Positions 31,710 through 42,185 of a DNA stretch of 64,000 bases are shown in pieces. Origin of the DNA: Myxococcota bacterium (GTDB lineage Bacteria > Myxococcota_A > UBA9042 > PHBI01 > JAWLBL01); assembly GCA_041687695.1 (NCBI GenBank), contig JAWLBL010000019.1, positions 64,001-128,000 of the forward strand, in the 5' to 3' direction. A program made the translations under genes and the position numbers. Under the pieces are notes generated by a model. It did not search any database, had not been told where the DNA came from, and was given only the letters and a program-made list of their open reading frames with translations. Position 1 is the stretch's first letter; every line of letters starts with the position of its first letter.

Positions 31710-33671
31710 ATGAACCGTAACACCTCGCGGCGTTTCGCGCCCTTACGTCGAATTTCAGCGGGGCTGCGAGCCGGGACGGTCGCCTGCCTGGGGGTCGCGA
31801 CCCTGCTCACGGCGGGGCCGGCGCGGGGCGATCTGGCGCGCTTCGACCTCGCGGGTCGCATCTACACCAAGTGGATGTACACCAACGACGACTCCCAGGG
31901 CCTGCTGACCTGGGGCAACCCCTTCTGGCCGGACAACATCGCCGGCGGCAACGGCGTCGGCAGCGAGTTCGAGCTGAAGATCCGCGGGGCCGTGGCCAAC
32001 GCCGTGCGCGCCGAGGTGCGCCTCAAGAGCCGGTTCGGAGCGCTCTGGCAGGACTGGTGGGAGAACGGCGACGTCAACTACCCCGAGCCCAACACCTCGG
32101 GCGAGTCGCTGGGGATGAACCACGCCGAGTACATCCGCCTGCGCGGCGCCTTCATCGACGCCAACCTGCCGCTGCCGACCGTGCGCTCCGTGCTGATCGG
32201 ATCGAGCGATCTCGGGATGTTCAACCCCTGGACCATCGGGAAGGTCCGCTACATCGACCGCGACAACGCCAAGGGCGCCTTCCTGACGGGCGGCAGCGAC
32301 GAGGGCGAGCTGGGCTACACCGTCGCCGCCATCGCGCTGCCGAAGCTGTTCGCCGGCCCGGGCTGGTCGACGGGCGTCGGCGACGCGGCCCTGGACCATC
32401 CGTTCTGGAGCTCCGACTGGGCGTACGCCGTCAAGCTGGACTGGCAGCCGCTGGACTTCGGCCAGGTGACCCTGGTCGGCACGGTGACCCGCGACCACGA
32501 GATCGACGTCGCCGACCCGGACGCCCAGGGCAGCGTCAACCCGAGCTGCCAGGACGCCCTGGGGTACCCCATCCCCGGATGCGTGCGGGACCACGCCGTC
32601 GAGCGGGTCACCCGCTACTCCAACGCGGTCGGCACCCTCCAATACAAGGGCATGCCCCTGGACTTCCTGTCGCTCGACGCGCTGGTCGGCGTCAGCCGCA
32701 GCGACGTGAACGAGGCGGTCACCTTCAACGGCGTCGCTGGCAACGCGGGCGTCTTCCCCATCGTCTTCGACGACGTCACCGACTTCGCCACGGTCGTCCG
32801 CGCCGATCTCCTCGACCCCTTCGAGGCGGGGCTGTCGCTCAAGGCCGAGGTGTTCTCCATCGGCGAGCACTGGAACAGCATCTTCGGCGCGCGGCGCGAG
32901 GCCGACGTCCTGCTGACCGACGGCTTCGTCGACGGCGGGCAGCTGCCGACCCTGAACATCGCCAACGAGTTCATGGACTTCGACGAGCCGTGGTTCGAGA
33001 GCGCCATCGGCTGGTACGGCGCCACCGTCGTGCCCGAGCTCGAGCTCGATCGGCTGCGCCTCGCCGCCGAGGCGACCTACATCGGCTACCACACCAACGG
33101 CCAGGAGCGGGACGTCGAGCACGTCTACCCCGACTTCCTGCACACCGACGGCTTCACGGACACCGACCTGTACGACTTCGCGAACACGACCGACCGGGGA
33201 CGTGACCCGCGCAGCGTCTACAGGCGCAACCAGGACCGCCAGAGCTTCATCGGGGTCGTCCAGGGCCGCTACGACGTCGGCCTGGGTGTGGACCTGGGCG
33301 TCGAGGTCAAGCTCAAGACCGTCATCGACCGCGACGCGCGCAGCCACGCGACGACCTCGGACGACTACGCGGGCGACCGTTACATCGGGCGCTTCGCGCT
33401 GGACGCGCGGGTCACCGACGAGCTCGGCGTCAAGGTCGGCACCCAGCTCGAGCATTGGGACGAGCGCAACCGCCGCGGGACCCTCGAGCTGGGTTACGGC
33501 GACGACACCACCGACAAGGCCAAGGTGTTCGCCGGCCTGGTCTACGCGTGGTCGGGCTTCAACCTGCGCTATCATCTGGAGATGGTCCACAAGGACCAGC
33601 AGCGCGAGCGCGAGCCCGACCAGCTGTGGCGCGTGTTCCGCTCGAAGGCGACCGTGGAGGTGCTGTGGTGA
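31710..33671 (+). CDS. Probable outer-membrane beta-barrel protein
   Basis: Signal peptide; many amphipathic beta-strands; C-terminal KATVEVLW aromatic-ending strand (BAM-signal-like). Confidence 0.6.
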   Translation: MNRNTSRRFAPLRRISAGLRAGTVACLGVATLLTAGPARGDLARFDLAGRIYTKWMYTNDDSQGLLTWGNPFWPDNIAGGNGVGSEFELKIRGAVANAVRAEVRLKSRFGALWQDWWENGDVNYPEPNTSGESLGMNHAEYIRLRGAFIDANLPLPTVRSVLIGSSDLGMFNPWTIGKVRYIDRDNAKGAFLTGGSDEGELGYTVAAIALPKLFAGPGWSTGVGDAALDHPFWSSDWAYAVKLDWQPLDFGQVTLVGTVTRDHEIDVADPDAQGSVNPSCQDALGYPIPGCVRDHAVERVTRYSNAVGTLQYKGMPLDFLSLDALVGVSRSDVNEAVTFNGVAGNAGVFPIVFDDVTDFATVVRADLLDPFEAGLSLKAEVFSIGEHWNSIFGARREADVLLTDGFVDGGQLPTLNIANEFMDFDEPWFESAIGWYGATVVPELELDRLRLAAEATYIGYHTNGQERDVEHVYPDFLHTDGFTDTDLYDFANTTDRGRDPRSVYRRNQDRQSFIGVVQGRYDVGLGVDLGVEVKLKTVIDRDARSHATTSDDYAGDRYIGRFALDARVTDELGVKVGTQLEHWDERNRRGTLELGYGDDTTDKAKVFAGLVYAWSGFNLRYHLEMVHKDQQREREPDQLWRVFRSKATVEVLW

Positions 33672-35173
33672 GGGGGCGTGCCGAGCGAGGGACGGGGGCC
33701 CGGGTCGCGGCGGCCCTGGCGGCGGCGGCCGGGCTCTTCGGCTGTGGGCTCGAGAACGAGCTCATCGGCCTCGCGACCGACCGCGGACACGTGGTGACCC
33801 CGGCGCCGCGCCCGACGGTCCTGCACGGTCGCAGCACCGGCGCGGCCGGCGGCGAGGCCACCTTCGTGACCGGGGCGGGGCAGGCCATCGACGGGGCCGT
33901 CGCCGTCATCGCCGAGGACGGTCGGTTCACGCAGACCTTCTCGGGCGCCGAGGGCCATCGGGGCCTGGGCCTCTGGGCGACCAGGGGCGATCGGTCCCTC
34001 ACCGGGCTGCTGCCCGAGCTGCCTCGCCAGCCTTCGGTGTACCACGACGTGCAACACGTCTTCGCCTGGGACGCCCACTCGGCGCTGGGAGACCTCAACG
34101 CCGCGTCGACCGCGCTCACCCTGGTGGTGGTCGAGGCGGCGCGCCGCCAGGGCGTCTCGCTGTCGGGCCTCGAGCCGGGCGTCCTCCGCGAGGGGCTGGA
34201 CGCCGCCGCGGACGAGCTGGCGCGCCTGGGGAGCCCCGTGCAGGTGTTCGCGCAGGTGCTCGATCGGGTGGACGCCGCGTCGGCGGCCAGCGCCGTCGGC
34301 GAGCCGGCCTTGAGGCTGGCCGGCTGGAAGGGGCCGGGCTCGTGGCTCTCGGCTCAGTGGCTGGACGCCGCCGGGGTCGACTACACCGGCGACGGCGTCG
34401 CCGACCTCGACACGCAGCCCTTCGACGCGGCCCTGGCGGCGGCCGCCGCCGAGATCGAGCTGGGCGTCTGCTACCCCGACGACACCATCCGGGTGGTGTT
34501 CCAGGTCGACCTGCGTAGCGGCGTGAAGAACCGAAACTGCTCCGAGGTCGACGCCCACAAGTGGGCGTCGGAGGGGACGCAAAAGGCCGTCTTCTTCACC
34601 GGCGGGGTCCACACCGACGCGCCGATCTGTGGCGCCGGGCGCACGGACCATTGCCTGACCGAGGCGCAGGTCGACGCCATCAACGGCGTCCTGGGCAATT
34701 GGGTGCCGAACCAGGTCGCGATGTTCGACGACGGGACCGGCGGCGACGCCAAGGCCGGCGACGACGTGTGGACCGTCGCGTTCGACCTGCCCTACATCCC
34801 GACCGCCACCTCACCGGACGGCGCCGGCGTGCGCCTCGCCTACAAGTACACCTACGGGCTGCCGGGGCAGGGGTGGACCGACACCGAGGAGTGGCCCGGC
34901 AACCAGCGGCTGCTCGAGCTCGAGGACCTCAACGGCGACCACCTCGTCGTCCGGTACGACCTGTTCGGCGACGAAGCCGCCAACAAGGACAAGGTCAACG
35001 CGCTGAAGCTGTCGAAGGGCGGCTGTGGGACCATCGCCTGGGAGGCCGTGCGCGACCCCGCCTGCGCGGGTGACTCCCGCGAGAACCGGGTGGACACGGA
35101 CGGCGACTGCGAGCCCGACGCCTGGGCCGCGCCGGGCCCGGTCACACCGCTCTCGGTGCCTTGTAACCCGTAA
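33668..35173 (+). CDS. Lipoprotein with choice-of-anchor-X-like motif
   Basis: GTGA overlap with the upstream stop; lipobox GLFG-C; MFDDGTGGDAKAGDDVWT motif; YKYTYG. Confidence 0.65.
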   Translation: MRGRAERGTGARVAAALAAAAGLFGCGLENELIGLATDRGHVVTPAPRPTVLHGRSTGAAGGEATFVTGAGQAIDGAVAVIAEDGRFTQTFSGAEGHRGLGLWATRGDRSLTGLLPELPRQPSVYHDVQHVFAWDAHSALGDLNAASTALTLVVVEAARRQGVSLSGLEPGVLREGLDAAADELARLGSPVQVFAQVLDRVDAASAASAVGEPALRLAGWKGPGSWLSAQWLDAAGVDYTGDGVADLDTQPFDAALAAAAAEIELGVCYPDDTIRVVFQVDLRSGVKNRNCSEVDAHKWASEGTQKAVFFTGGVHTDAPICGAGRTDHCLTEAQVDAINGVLGNWVPNQVAMFDDGTGGDAKAGDDVWTVAFDLPYIPTATSPDGAGVRLAYKYTYGLPGQGWTDTEEWPGNQRLLELEDLNGDHLVVRYDLFGDEAANKDKVNALKLSKGGCGTIAWEAVRDPACAGDSRENRVDTDGDCEPDAWAAPGPVTPLSVPCNP

Positions 35174-35307
35174 CCGCTCGCCGTCCCGGCGTGTGGCGCG
35201 GCGCGCGCGTGGTCGGCGTTGACCCTGCCGAGAGCCGATCGCTATAGTGCCTCGCCTTCGGCGCTGGCCGGGGTTGGCGAATTGGGTGTCCGGTGAGGAG
35301 AAAGCCG

Positions 35308-38016
35308 ATGAGCTCGAGTTTCGATGTGTTGCGCGCCCTGAGGGGGTTCGGCTGCCTCGCGGCGCTGACGCTCCTGGTCACGGCCTCGGCGTGCTCGGAC
35401 CCGGAGACGGTCGGAGGCGACAAGGACGAGGGCGCCGACGTCGAGACGGACACACCCGACATCAAGGGCGACGACCTCGACATGCCGGACGTCCTCGAGC
35501 CCGACGGCGACGACGACGTCGACGAAACGGACGTGCCCGACGCGACCCCCGACGTGCAGCTCGACGTGCCGGACGAGCCCGACGGCGGACCTATCGAGGA
35601 GCCGCTGGACAAGGGCTACCCCGCGGGCGAGCTGCTCATCAAGATCACCAGCCCGGGCGGCCGCCTGCACGAGGCGGTGGTCGGCGGGACGACCATGGTC
35701 GCCGGACTGCTCTTCGGCGAGGCCGACCAGATGTTCTGGCAGTCGTCCAAGGGCCAGGACGGCGAGATCGACGTCGCGACCTTCTGGCGCAGCGGCCCCA
35801 TCGCGCTCGACCCGGGCGACAACACCATCACCGTCACGGCCGTCAAGGGCGACGTCGTGGTCACCGACACCATCGTCGTGACCTACAACCCCCTGTTCAA
35901 GTTCGACGGCCCGGTCAACGTGCGCCCGAACGTCGTGTGGCTCGATCAGCCCATCGACGGCATCTTCACGGTCGCCATGGGCCTGTACGCCAACTTCGAG
36001 CCGAGCTCGGTGGCCCTCGTCCAGGTCGACGCCGACGGCAACGTCATCAAGGAAGTCGGCCAGATGTACGACAACGGCCAGGTCGGCTCGACGGGTGACG
36101 AGATCCAGGGCGACGGCGTCTACTCGCGCAAGTACAACATGAGCTGCTCGGACACCAAGCCGCTGTGGTTCCGCGCCAAGGTCACGGTCAAGGGGGCCAG
36201 CTCCTACACCGCCTATTCGGCGCCAGTGCCGGTTTGGTGCGCGCAGCACCTGACGGCGACCGAGTGCCAGTCGCACCATGCGGTGGTGATGCAGGCCGAG
36301 GCGCAGATCCTGGCCGGCACCAGCGCCGAGGACGTTGTCGACGCGCTGCTCGGCAACCCGCAGGTCGCCGACGCGGGGCAGTCCGAGGGCGACGGCCACA
36401 CCATCTGGATTCAGTTCACCAACGGCCTGCTCGGCGCGGTGCTCGCGCCGCCGGCGGGCATGCGCGGCGCCGGGGGCTCGGGCTTCGACGCGCCGCCGGG
36501 CTTCGATCCCCAGCCGATGGGCGTGCAGACCGTCGAGATCGGCTCGCGCAACGCCATCGTCCTCGCGCCCTTCCAGCAGGAGTTCGGCGCGACCGACGAC
36601 GGCCCGGCGGTCGCGGCGGCCATCGCGGCCAGCGCCTGCCCGTCCTTCGCGCTCGAGGGCGGCGCCGCCCTGTCGGGAGTGGCGGCCTCGCTCAGCCGCT
36701 TCCGGTCGATCTCGAACTTCGGCATCACCTCGATCAGCACGCACGGCGACGCGCTGTTCGGCGATCTCGACCCCGCGGCCAAGAAGGACGAGTACCACTG
36801 GGACCACATGGGCGCGCAAGAGGTGGTCTGGTCCGGCGAGCCGGTCGTCTGCTCGCAGATGCTGCAGGAGAAGAAGAGCTGCACCGTGACCGGCGCCAAC
36901 CCGACCGGCGGCTGCCCCTCGGGCAGCGTGTGCGTCGTGACCCAGGGCACCGGCGGCGGCTCCAGCTCGGGCACCTGCCTCGACCAGACGCAGGCGGATC
37001 TGCGGCTCGGGCGGCTCGTCCTCACGAACAAGGGCTACGCCATGACGCCCTCGTTCTTCGAGGCGTACGCAGGCGCTGGCTACCCGAACAGCCTGGTGAA
37101 CCTCGGCGCGTGCCGCACCTTCTGGAACGGGTCGCTGGCCACGACGCTCTTCGCCTTCGGCGCCAAGGCCATCACCGGGTTCTCGGACTACGTCGACAGC
37201 AACTGGGCGCGCGCCAAGGTGACCAAGCTCATCGAGGGCTCGGTCGGGCAGGGCATGGTCGGCCACGCCCACGACGGCGGTCGCGACCCGTCCAACCCCG
37301 CCACGGCGTGGCGGATCCTCGGCGCGACGAACCTGGATCTCTCCAGCTCCGACATCATCAACGCCAGCTTCGAGACCGGTGACACGACCGGCTGGCGCCG
37401 CGACGGCGACGGCCGCGTCATCAGCCAGCTCGGCAGCTCGGCCGCGGTGCACGGCAAGTTCATGGGCCTGGTCTCGACGGGCCTCGGCTTCACCGTTCAG
37501 ACCGGCACACTCGAGCAGGATTTCTGCATCCCCGAGTCGCGCACCGAGATCGAGGTCTACTGGAAGTTCTTCTCCGAGGAGTTCAAGGAGTTCTGTGGGT
37601 CGTCCTTCCAGGACACCTTCCAGGTCACCCTGACGGGCGCCGCCGGCAAGCTCACCGTGGTCGACGTCAAGGTGGACGACCTGTGTGGCTACTCGGACGG
37701 GAGCTGCGGCAGCTGCGCCAACCCGGTCGCCTGCGACGAGGTGTGCATGGGGACCGGCGGCTGCAAGGCCGACATCAACACCGGCCTGTGCACGGGCACC
37801 TATCCGTGCAACTGCGGCAAGTACTTCGTGGGCTTGACGCCCAGCGACGTCAGCTTCGACGTGGGCGGCGTCTTCAACGTCCTGTGGCAGAAGACGGTCA
37901 AGAACATCCAGGCGCTCGCCGGCGCCGGCAAGGTGAACCTGCGCATCTACGCGACGGACACCGGCGACTCGATCTACGACACCGCCATCCTGGTGGACGC
38001 CATCAAGTTCAACTGA
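35308..38016 (+). CDS. Large lipoprotein with choice-of-anchor-X-like motif and Cys-rich segments
   Basis: GAGGAG RBS; lipobox TASA-C; acidic linker; MYDNGQVGSTGDEIQGDGVYS; C-terminal INASFETGDTTGW...DTGDSIYDTAILVDAI jelly-roll-like domain. Confidence 0.7.
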   Translation: MSSSFDVLRALRGFGCLAALTLLVTASACSDPETVGGDKDEGADVETDTPDIKGDDLDMPDVLEPDGDDDVDETDVPDATPDVQLDVPDEPDGGPIEEPLDKGYPAGELLIKITSPGGRLHEAVVGGTTMVAGLLFGEADQMFWQSSKGQDGEIDVATFWRSGPIALDPGDNTITVTAVKGDVVVTDTIVVTYNPLFKFDGPVNVRPNVVWLDQPIDGIFTVAMGLYANFEPSSVALVQVDADGNVIKEVGQMYDNGQVGSTGDEIQGDGVYSRKYNMSCSDTKPLWFRAKVTVKGASSYTAYSAPVPVWCAQHLTATECQSHHAVVMQAEAQILAGTSAEDVVDALLGNPQVADAGQSEGDGHTIWIQFTNGLLGAVLAPPAGMRGAGGSGFDAPPGFDPQPMGVQTVEIGSRNAIVLAPFQQEFGATDDGPAVAAAIAASACPSFALEGGAALSGVAASLSRFRSISNFGITSISTHGDALFGDLDPAAKKDEYHWDHMGAQEVVWSGEPVVCSQMLQEKKSCTVTGANPTGGCPSGSVCVVTQGTGGGSSSGTCLDQTQADLRLGRLVLTNKGYAMTPSFFEAYAGAGYPNSLVNLGACRTFWNGSLATTLFAFGAKAITGFSDYVDSNWARAKVTKLIEGSVGQGMVGHAHDGGRDPSNPATAWRILGATNLDLSSSDIINASFETGDTTGWRRDGDGRVISQLGSSAAVHGKFMGLVSTGLGFTVQTGTLEQDFCIPESRTEIEVYWKFFSEEFKEFCGSSFQDTFQVTLTGAAGKLTVVDVKVDDLCGYSDGSCGSCANPVACDEVCMGTGGCKADINTGLCTGTYPCNCGKYFVGLTPSDVSFDVGGVFNVLWQKTVKNIQALAGAGKVNLRIYATDTGDSIYDTAILVDAIKFN

Positions 38017-38186
38017 GGTCCGACCGGGAGCGCGGTGGGGTGATCCGCCGCGCCGCCGCGCCAGATGGCCAACGTGATGCGGCCCGGTCACCCCCAGGGG
38101 AGGCCGGGCCGCTTTCGTTGGTGCGTCGAGGGCGCGTGGCCTGGGCGCGGGCGCGCCCAGGACGGGTGCGAGGCTTGGGCGTCGCC

Positions 38187-38963
38187 TCAGACGGGGTTGT
38201 CGACGTCGATGAACTCGACCGCGAGGTGCGGCCACTCGGCGGCGAGGCGCTCGGCGAGCGCGCGCGGGCCGAAGCGCTCGGTGCGGTGGTGGCCCGCGGC
38301 GAGGAAGTGGATGCCCTCCTCGCGCGCCGTGGCTTGCGAGTACTCGCCGGCCTCGCCCGTGAGGTAGGCGTCGCAGCCGGCGTCGATGGCGCGGCGCACG
38401 TCGCGGGCGGCCCCGCCGGTCACGATGCCAAGCCGCGCGACGCGCTCGGGGCCGTGCGCGAAGTGGTGGAGGGTCGGCGAGACCGCGCGGCGCACCCGGT
38501 TCGCCAGCTCGGACGCCGAGATGGCCGGCGAGAAGGTGCCGATGCAGCCGACGGGGATGCCGCGGTGCTGGAAGTCGGGCGTCGGCTCGCCCAGGCCGAG
38601 CGCGCGGGCCAGGGCCGCCGCGTTGCCCACCTCGGGGTGGGCGTCGAGCGGCAGGTGGTAGGCGGCCAGGCTGACGTCGGCTCGCACCAGGGCGCGGATG
38701 CGCCGCCCGAGGGCGCCGGTGACCGTGACCGGGGCGCCGTCCCAGAACAGGCCGTGGTGCACGACCAGCAGATCGGCGCCCCAGCGGACGGCGGCCTCGA
38801 TGAAGTCGAGGTTGGCGGTGACGCCGGTCGCGACGCGGCGGACCTGAGGCCGACCTTCGACCTGGAGGCCGTTCGGGCCGTAGTCGCGGACGTCGTGGGC
38901 GCTCAGGAGCGCGTCGAGCCAGCCGACCAGCGTCGCCAGCGGGACTTCGTCTACAGTGGCCAT
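38187..38963 (-). CDS. Nif3-like dinuclear metal centre hexameric protein (YbgI family)
   Basis: DYGPNGLQVEG, VHHGLFW, YHLPLDAHPEVGN, YLTGE, AGHHRTERFG, FIDVDNPV. Confidence 0.92.
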   Translation of the reverse strand: MATVDEVPLATLVGWLDALLSAHDVRDYGPNGLQVEGRPQVRRVATGVTANLDFIEAAVRWGADLLVVHHGLFWDGAPVTVTGALGRRIRALVRADVSLAAYHLPLDAHPEVGNAAALARALGLGEPTPDFQHRGIPVGCIGTFSPAISASELANRVRRAVSPTLHHFAHGPERVARLGIVTGGAARDVRRAIDAGCDAYLTGEAGEYSQATAREEGIHFLAAGHHRTERFGPRALAERLAAEWPHLAVEFIDVDNPV

Positions 38964-41887
38964 CACCAGACCAGGGTGAGGGTGGCGGCCTCGGTCGAGA
39001 CCTCGTGGGCCGAGCCCGAGGTGCCCTGGGGCAGGCTCTGGTTCGAGAGGTAGGCGCCGTCGGCCGTACCGAGGCGGGCGACGAGCGCGACGGTGCGCAG
39101 GGCGCCGGTCGGGGGCCCGAAGAGCACCTGGAGCGGCAGGTAGGCCTCGAGGCCCTGGGCGCTGGAGATCACGGCGCCGTCGAGCAGCCACGGCAGGTCC
39201 TGGGCGGGGGCGAGCCCGCGCCAGCCCGCGCCCTTGGCGGCCGGGTCGTCGACCGCGGGGAGATAGCTGGCCTTCTCGATGGCCGCGAAGGCCACCTCGG
39301 CGCCGAAGCCGTCGATGTCGAAGGTGAGGACGCCACCGAGGGCGTCGTCGACCGCGCCGTCGCTCTCGAGGGCGGCGGTCGAGGTCAAGCCGGTCCCGGA
39401 CCCGTAGTCGGCGTCGACGTAGACGGTGATGGCGTTCTGGCCGAGGTCGCTGTGGGCGAATCCCTGGACGGCGACGTACAGCGTCTGGCCGTCGGTGGCG
39501 GCGTGGAGCGCCTGGAGGTGGTTGTCGTCGGGGCCCCAGGCCGACGCGGTCGTGGCGGTGGCGAGCAGGGAGGAGGCGGGCCACTCGCCGAGATCGCCGT
39601 CCCAGGCGCCCGCGATCTGCAGCGTCCCGGCGGCGCTGAAGGCGTCGCAGGTCACCGTGAGTTCGGCGCTGCCGGGCGGGTGCGCCGGGACCAGGACGGT
39701 GAGCGTGGTCGCGTTCGTCACGTCGACGTCGGTCGGCGAGACGGCGAGGTCGTCGAGGCTGACGGTGCAGCCGGCCTCGAAGCCGGCGCCGGAGACCTGG
39801 ACCGGGACGCCTCCGAGCGGCGAGACCGTGGCGGGCTCGAGCGCGGTGACCGAGACCGGGCCGGCCGGGGCCACCGTGAGCTTGGTCACCTGAGCGGGGT
39901 CGAAGCCGTTGTCGGCGCCGTCGCGATCGACGTACAGCCACGAGGTGCCGCCGTTGACGCTGAAGCGCAAGGTGACGGCCCAGACCCCGGTCGGGGCGAT
40001 GAGGCTGGCCGACCAGACGTCGTCGTTGCCGACATCGTGCGAGTACGTGGCGGAGGACCAGTCCCAGCCGTCATTGGCGGTGGGGTCGGTGCCCCACGGG
40101 CCGTACCCCACCTCGGCGGTGAGGCCGAAGCCGGCGCCCGGTTGGTCGGTGACGCCCCCTTCGTAGACCTGCGCCTCGATGATCGCCGAGGGCTGGCCGG
40201 CCGAGGCCGACAGCTGCGCTCCGCTGAGGAGCTGGCCCCAGTCGGGGAGCTCGGCGACGAAGGAGAAGGCCGACGCGAGCGTGGCCTTCTGGCCGTCCTC
40301 GGTCGTGACGGTCACCGACACGGAGCCGATGGGCGCGGCCGGCGTGGTCGCCTTGACCCAGGTGCCGTCGGCGGCGGCCTCGACGTCCGTGGCCGTGGCC
40401 GTGCCGAACAGGACCGAGTCGACGGTGGCCAGGTTGGCGCCGTTGAGGGTCACCTGGGTGCCGCCGCCCATGGGGCCGCTGCTGGGCGACAGGCCGGTCA
40501 GGGTCGGCGCGGCCGCCGCGTCGACGTACGTGAAGCCCTGGGGGTAGGTCGCGGAGGCCCCGTCCGCGAGCGTGACCTCGACGTCGACCTTGCCGGGCGA
40601 GCCGGGCGGGGTGGTGACGGCGATCTGCGTCGCGTCGAGCGAGACGACGGTGGCCTGCGCGCCGCCGAAGGTGACCGTGGCCCCTTCGGTGAACCCTTCG
40701 CCGTGGAGGGTCACCGCGGTGCCGCCGTTGGCGCCGCCGGTGCTCGGGACGACCAGGTGCAGCTCGGGCGCCTCGCCGGTCGACGTGTCGGGGACGCACG
40801 CGCCGTCCACGCAGTGGGTGTTCGGGGTGGCGCACGGGTTGCCGGGGCCGCACTCGGGGGTGGGCTCGTCGCCCGGGCAGGCGACGACCGCGGTGTTCAT
40901 GCTCTTGCCCTTGCTGTCGAGCGCCAGCGCGACCGGGTGGTCGACCCAGGCTCCGCCGCACAACCCCGCGGCGCTCACGCCGTCCAGGACGGCGTCGCCG
41001 TCGACCTTGTACTCGAGGCCAGCGTCGGGGTCCGTCTCGCCCTTGGTGAAGACGAAGACGAACTGGGCCTCCTGGCCGGGCGCGAGCAGGCCGTCGTGCG
41101 CGCCGAGGAACCGCGAGTGCTGATAGGTGACCACGCCATCGCCGGCGGCGGCGTCGCCGTTGGCGCCGTCGTCCAGGAGCTGGATGGGCGTCCAGGCGTT
41201 CATGGTGCCCTTGACCCACACGCGATAGGTGGCGAGGTCGACGCCCTCGAAGTCCGGGTGCAGGCCCGCCATGTCCAGGTGGACGCGGAAGTCCCGGTCG
41301 CCATGGGGTGTGATGGTCATGCCCGGGACGTCGATGACCTCGGTGGAGCCCTTCGGGATGTCGAACACGCCGTTCGGCCCGACCCAGATCCAGCGCAGGT
41401 CGTCGTTGAGCGCGCCATAGGCGAAGGTGCGGTCCTGGTCCGCCTGGTAGCAGACGGCGACGCCGAAGACGTGGTCGCCGGCCGTGGCGCCTTCGGGCTC
41501 GTGGCCGCCTTCGCTGCGGGGGCCGTCGTCGTGCAGGGTGGGGTAGGGGCCCTCCTCGGGGAGCCAGCTGGTCGCGTACTGGAGGGTGTTGGTGGCTTCG
41601 TCCCAGGCGAAGGAGCCGGTCCAGATGAGCTCGCCGGCCCCGTAGGTCTGGTTGGCGCTGTCGTCGACGCTGAACGTGAGCGTGGCGAAGCCCGCCGGGC
41701 ACAGCCCAGTCGGCGACTTGGTGTCGGTCGCGACCTCGGGGTCGGCGTCGTCGCCAGGCAGGTCGGCCGCGTCCTGCACGTCGGCGACTGCAGCGTCGGC
41801 GGGGGCCTGTTGGGGACCGCTGCCGCAAGCCGTGTTGACGGTCAGGGCGACGGCGAGGGCGAGCGCGGGCGAAAGACGAACGGACAT
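38963..41887 (-). CDS. Multidomain surface lipoprotein: choice-of-anchor-X-like motifs, three IPT/TIG domains, putative glycan-binding domains
   Basis: Lipobox NTA-C; LHDDG...AGDHVF and LLDDGANGDAAAGDGVVT; IPT repeats (PSSGPMGGGTQVTLNG); QVYEGGVT...AEVGYGP module; C-terminal WDGDLGEW...LYVAVQG. Confidence 0.75.
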   Translation of the reverse strand: MSVRLSPALALAVALTVNTACGSGPQQAPADAAVADVQDAADLPGDDADPEVATDTKSPTGLCPAGFATLTFSVDDSANQTYGAGELIWTGSFAWDEATNTLQYATSWLPEEGPYPTLHDDGPRSEGGHEPEGATAGDHVFGVAVCYQADQDRTFAYGALNDDLRWIWVGPNGVFDIPKGSTEVIDVPGMTITPHGDRDFRVHLDMAGLHPDFEGVDLATYRVWVKGTMNAWTPIQLLDDGANGDAAAGDGVVTYQHSRFLGAHDGLLAPGQEAQFVFVFTKGETDPDAGLEYKVDGDAVLDGVSAAGLCGGAWVDHPVALALDSKGKSMNTAVVACPGDEPTPECGPGNPCATPNTHCVDGACVPDTSTGEAPELHLVVPSTGGANGGTAVTLHGEGFTEGATVTFGGAQATVVSLDATQIAVTTPPGSPGKVDVEVTLADGASATYPQGFTYVDAAAAPTLTGLSPSSGPMGGGTQVTLNGANLATVDSVLFGTATATDVEAAADGTWVKATTPAAPIGSVSVTVTTEDGQKATLASAFSFVAELPDWGQLLSGAQLSASAGQPSAIIEAQVYEGGVTDQPGAGFGLTAEVGYGPWGTDPTANDGWDWSSATYSHDVGNDDVWSASLIAPTGVWAVTLRFSVNGGTSWLYVDRDGADNGFDPAQVTKLTVAPAGPVSVTALEPATVSPLGGVPVQVSGAGFEAGCTVSLDDLAVSPTDVDVTNATTLTVLVPAHPPGSAELTVTCDAFSAAGTLQIAGAWDGDLGEWPASSLLATATTASAWGPDDNHLQALHAATDGQTLYVAVQGFAHSDLGQNAITVYVDADYGSGTGLTSTAALESDGAVDDALGGVLTFDIDGFGAEVAFAAIEKASYLPAVDDPAAKGAGWRGLAPAQDLPWLLDGAVISSAQGLEAYLPLQVLFGPPTGALRTVALVARLGTADGAYLSNQSLPQGTSGSAHEVSTEAATLTLVW

Positions 41888-42063
41888 GACCTCTCCTCGG
41901 GAGCGCAGCGCAGGCTATCGACCGCCTCGGCGCGGCGTCAAGGCGCCCCAGGACCGGGGATGGGGCCGGGGACGCGCAGCGCCGGCACTGTCTCAGGGGT
42001 GTCCCGTCCGGCGCCGCCGCGGAGCGCCGTAACCCCTCGAAATCGCATTCATTCGCCGGAGAG

Positions 42064-42160
42064 GGTGTCCCAGCTGTGTCAGAGGGATGGGACAGTGGGA
42101 CACCTGCGCTGATGCAAGTGCGCTGAATCATTGAGGGCGCGTCCTGGAACGCCCCTTGCT
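42064..42160 (+). promoter_or_regulatory. Sigma54 (-24/-12) promoter with upstream inverted-repeat activator site
   Basis: CTGGAACGCCCCTTGCT at 42144-42160 (GG-N10-GC); GGTGTCCCA (42064-72) and TGGGACACC (42096-104) form an inverted repeat. Confidence 0.65.
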
Positions 42161-42185
42161 CTCGCCGTCGCCCGGGAGGTGCGAC

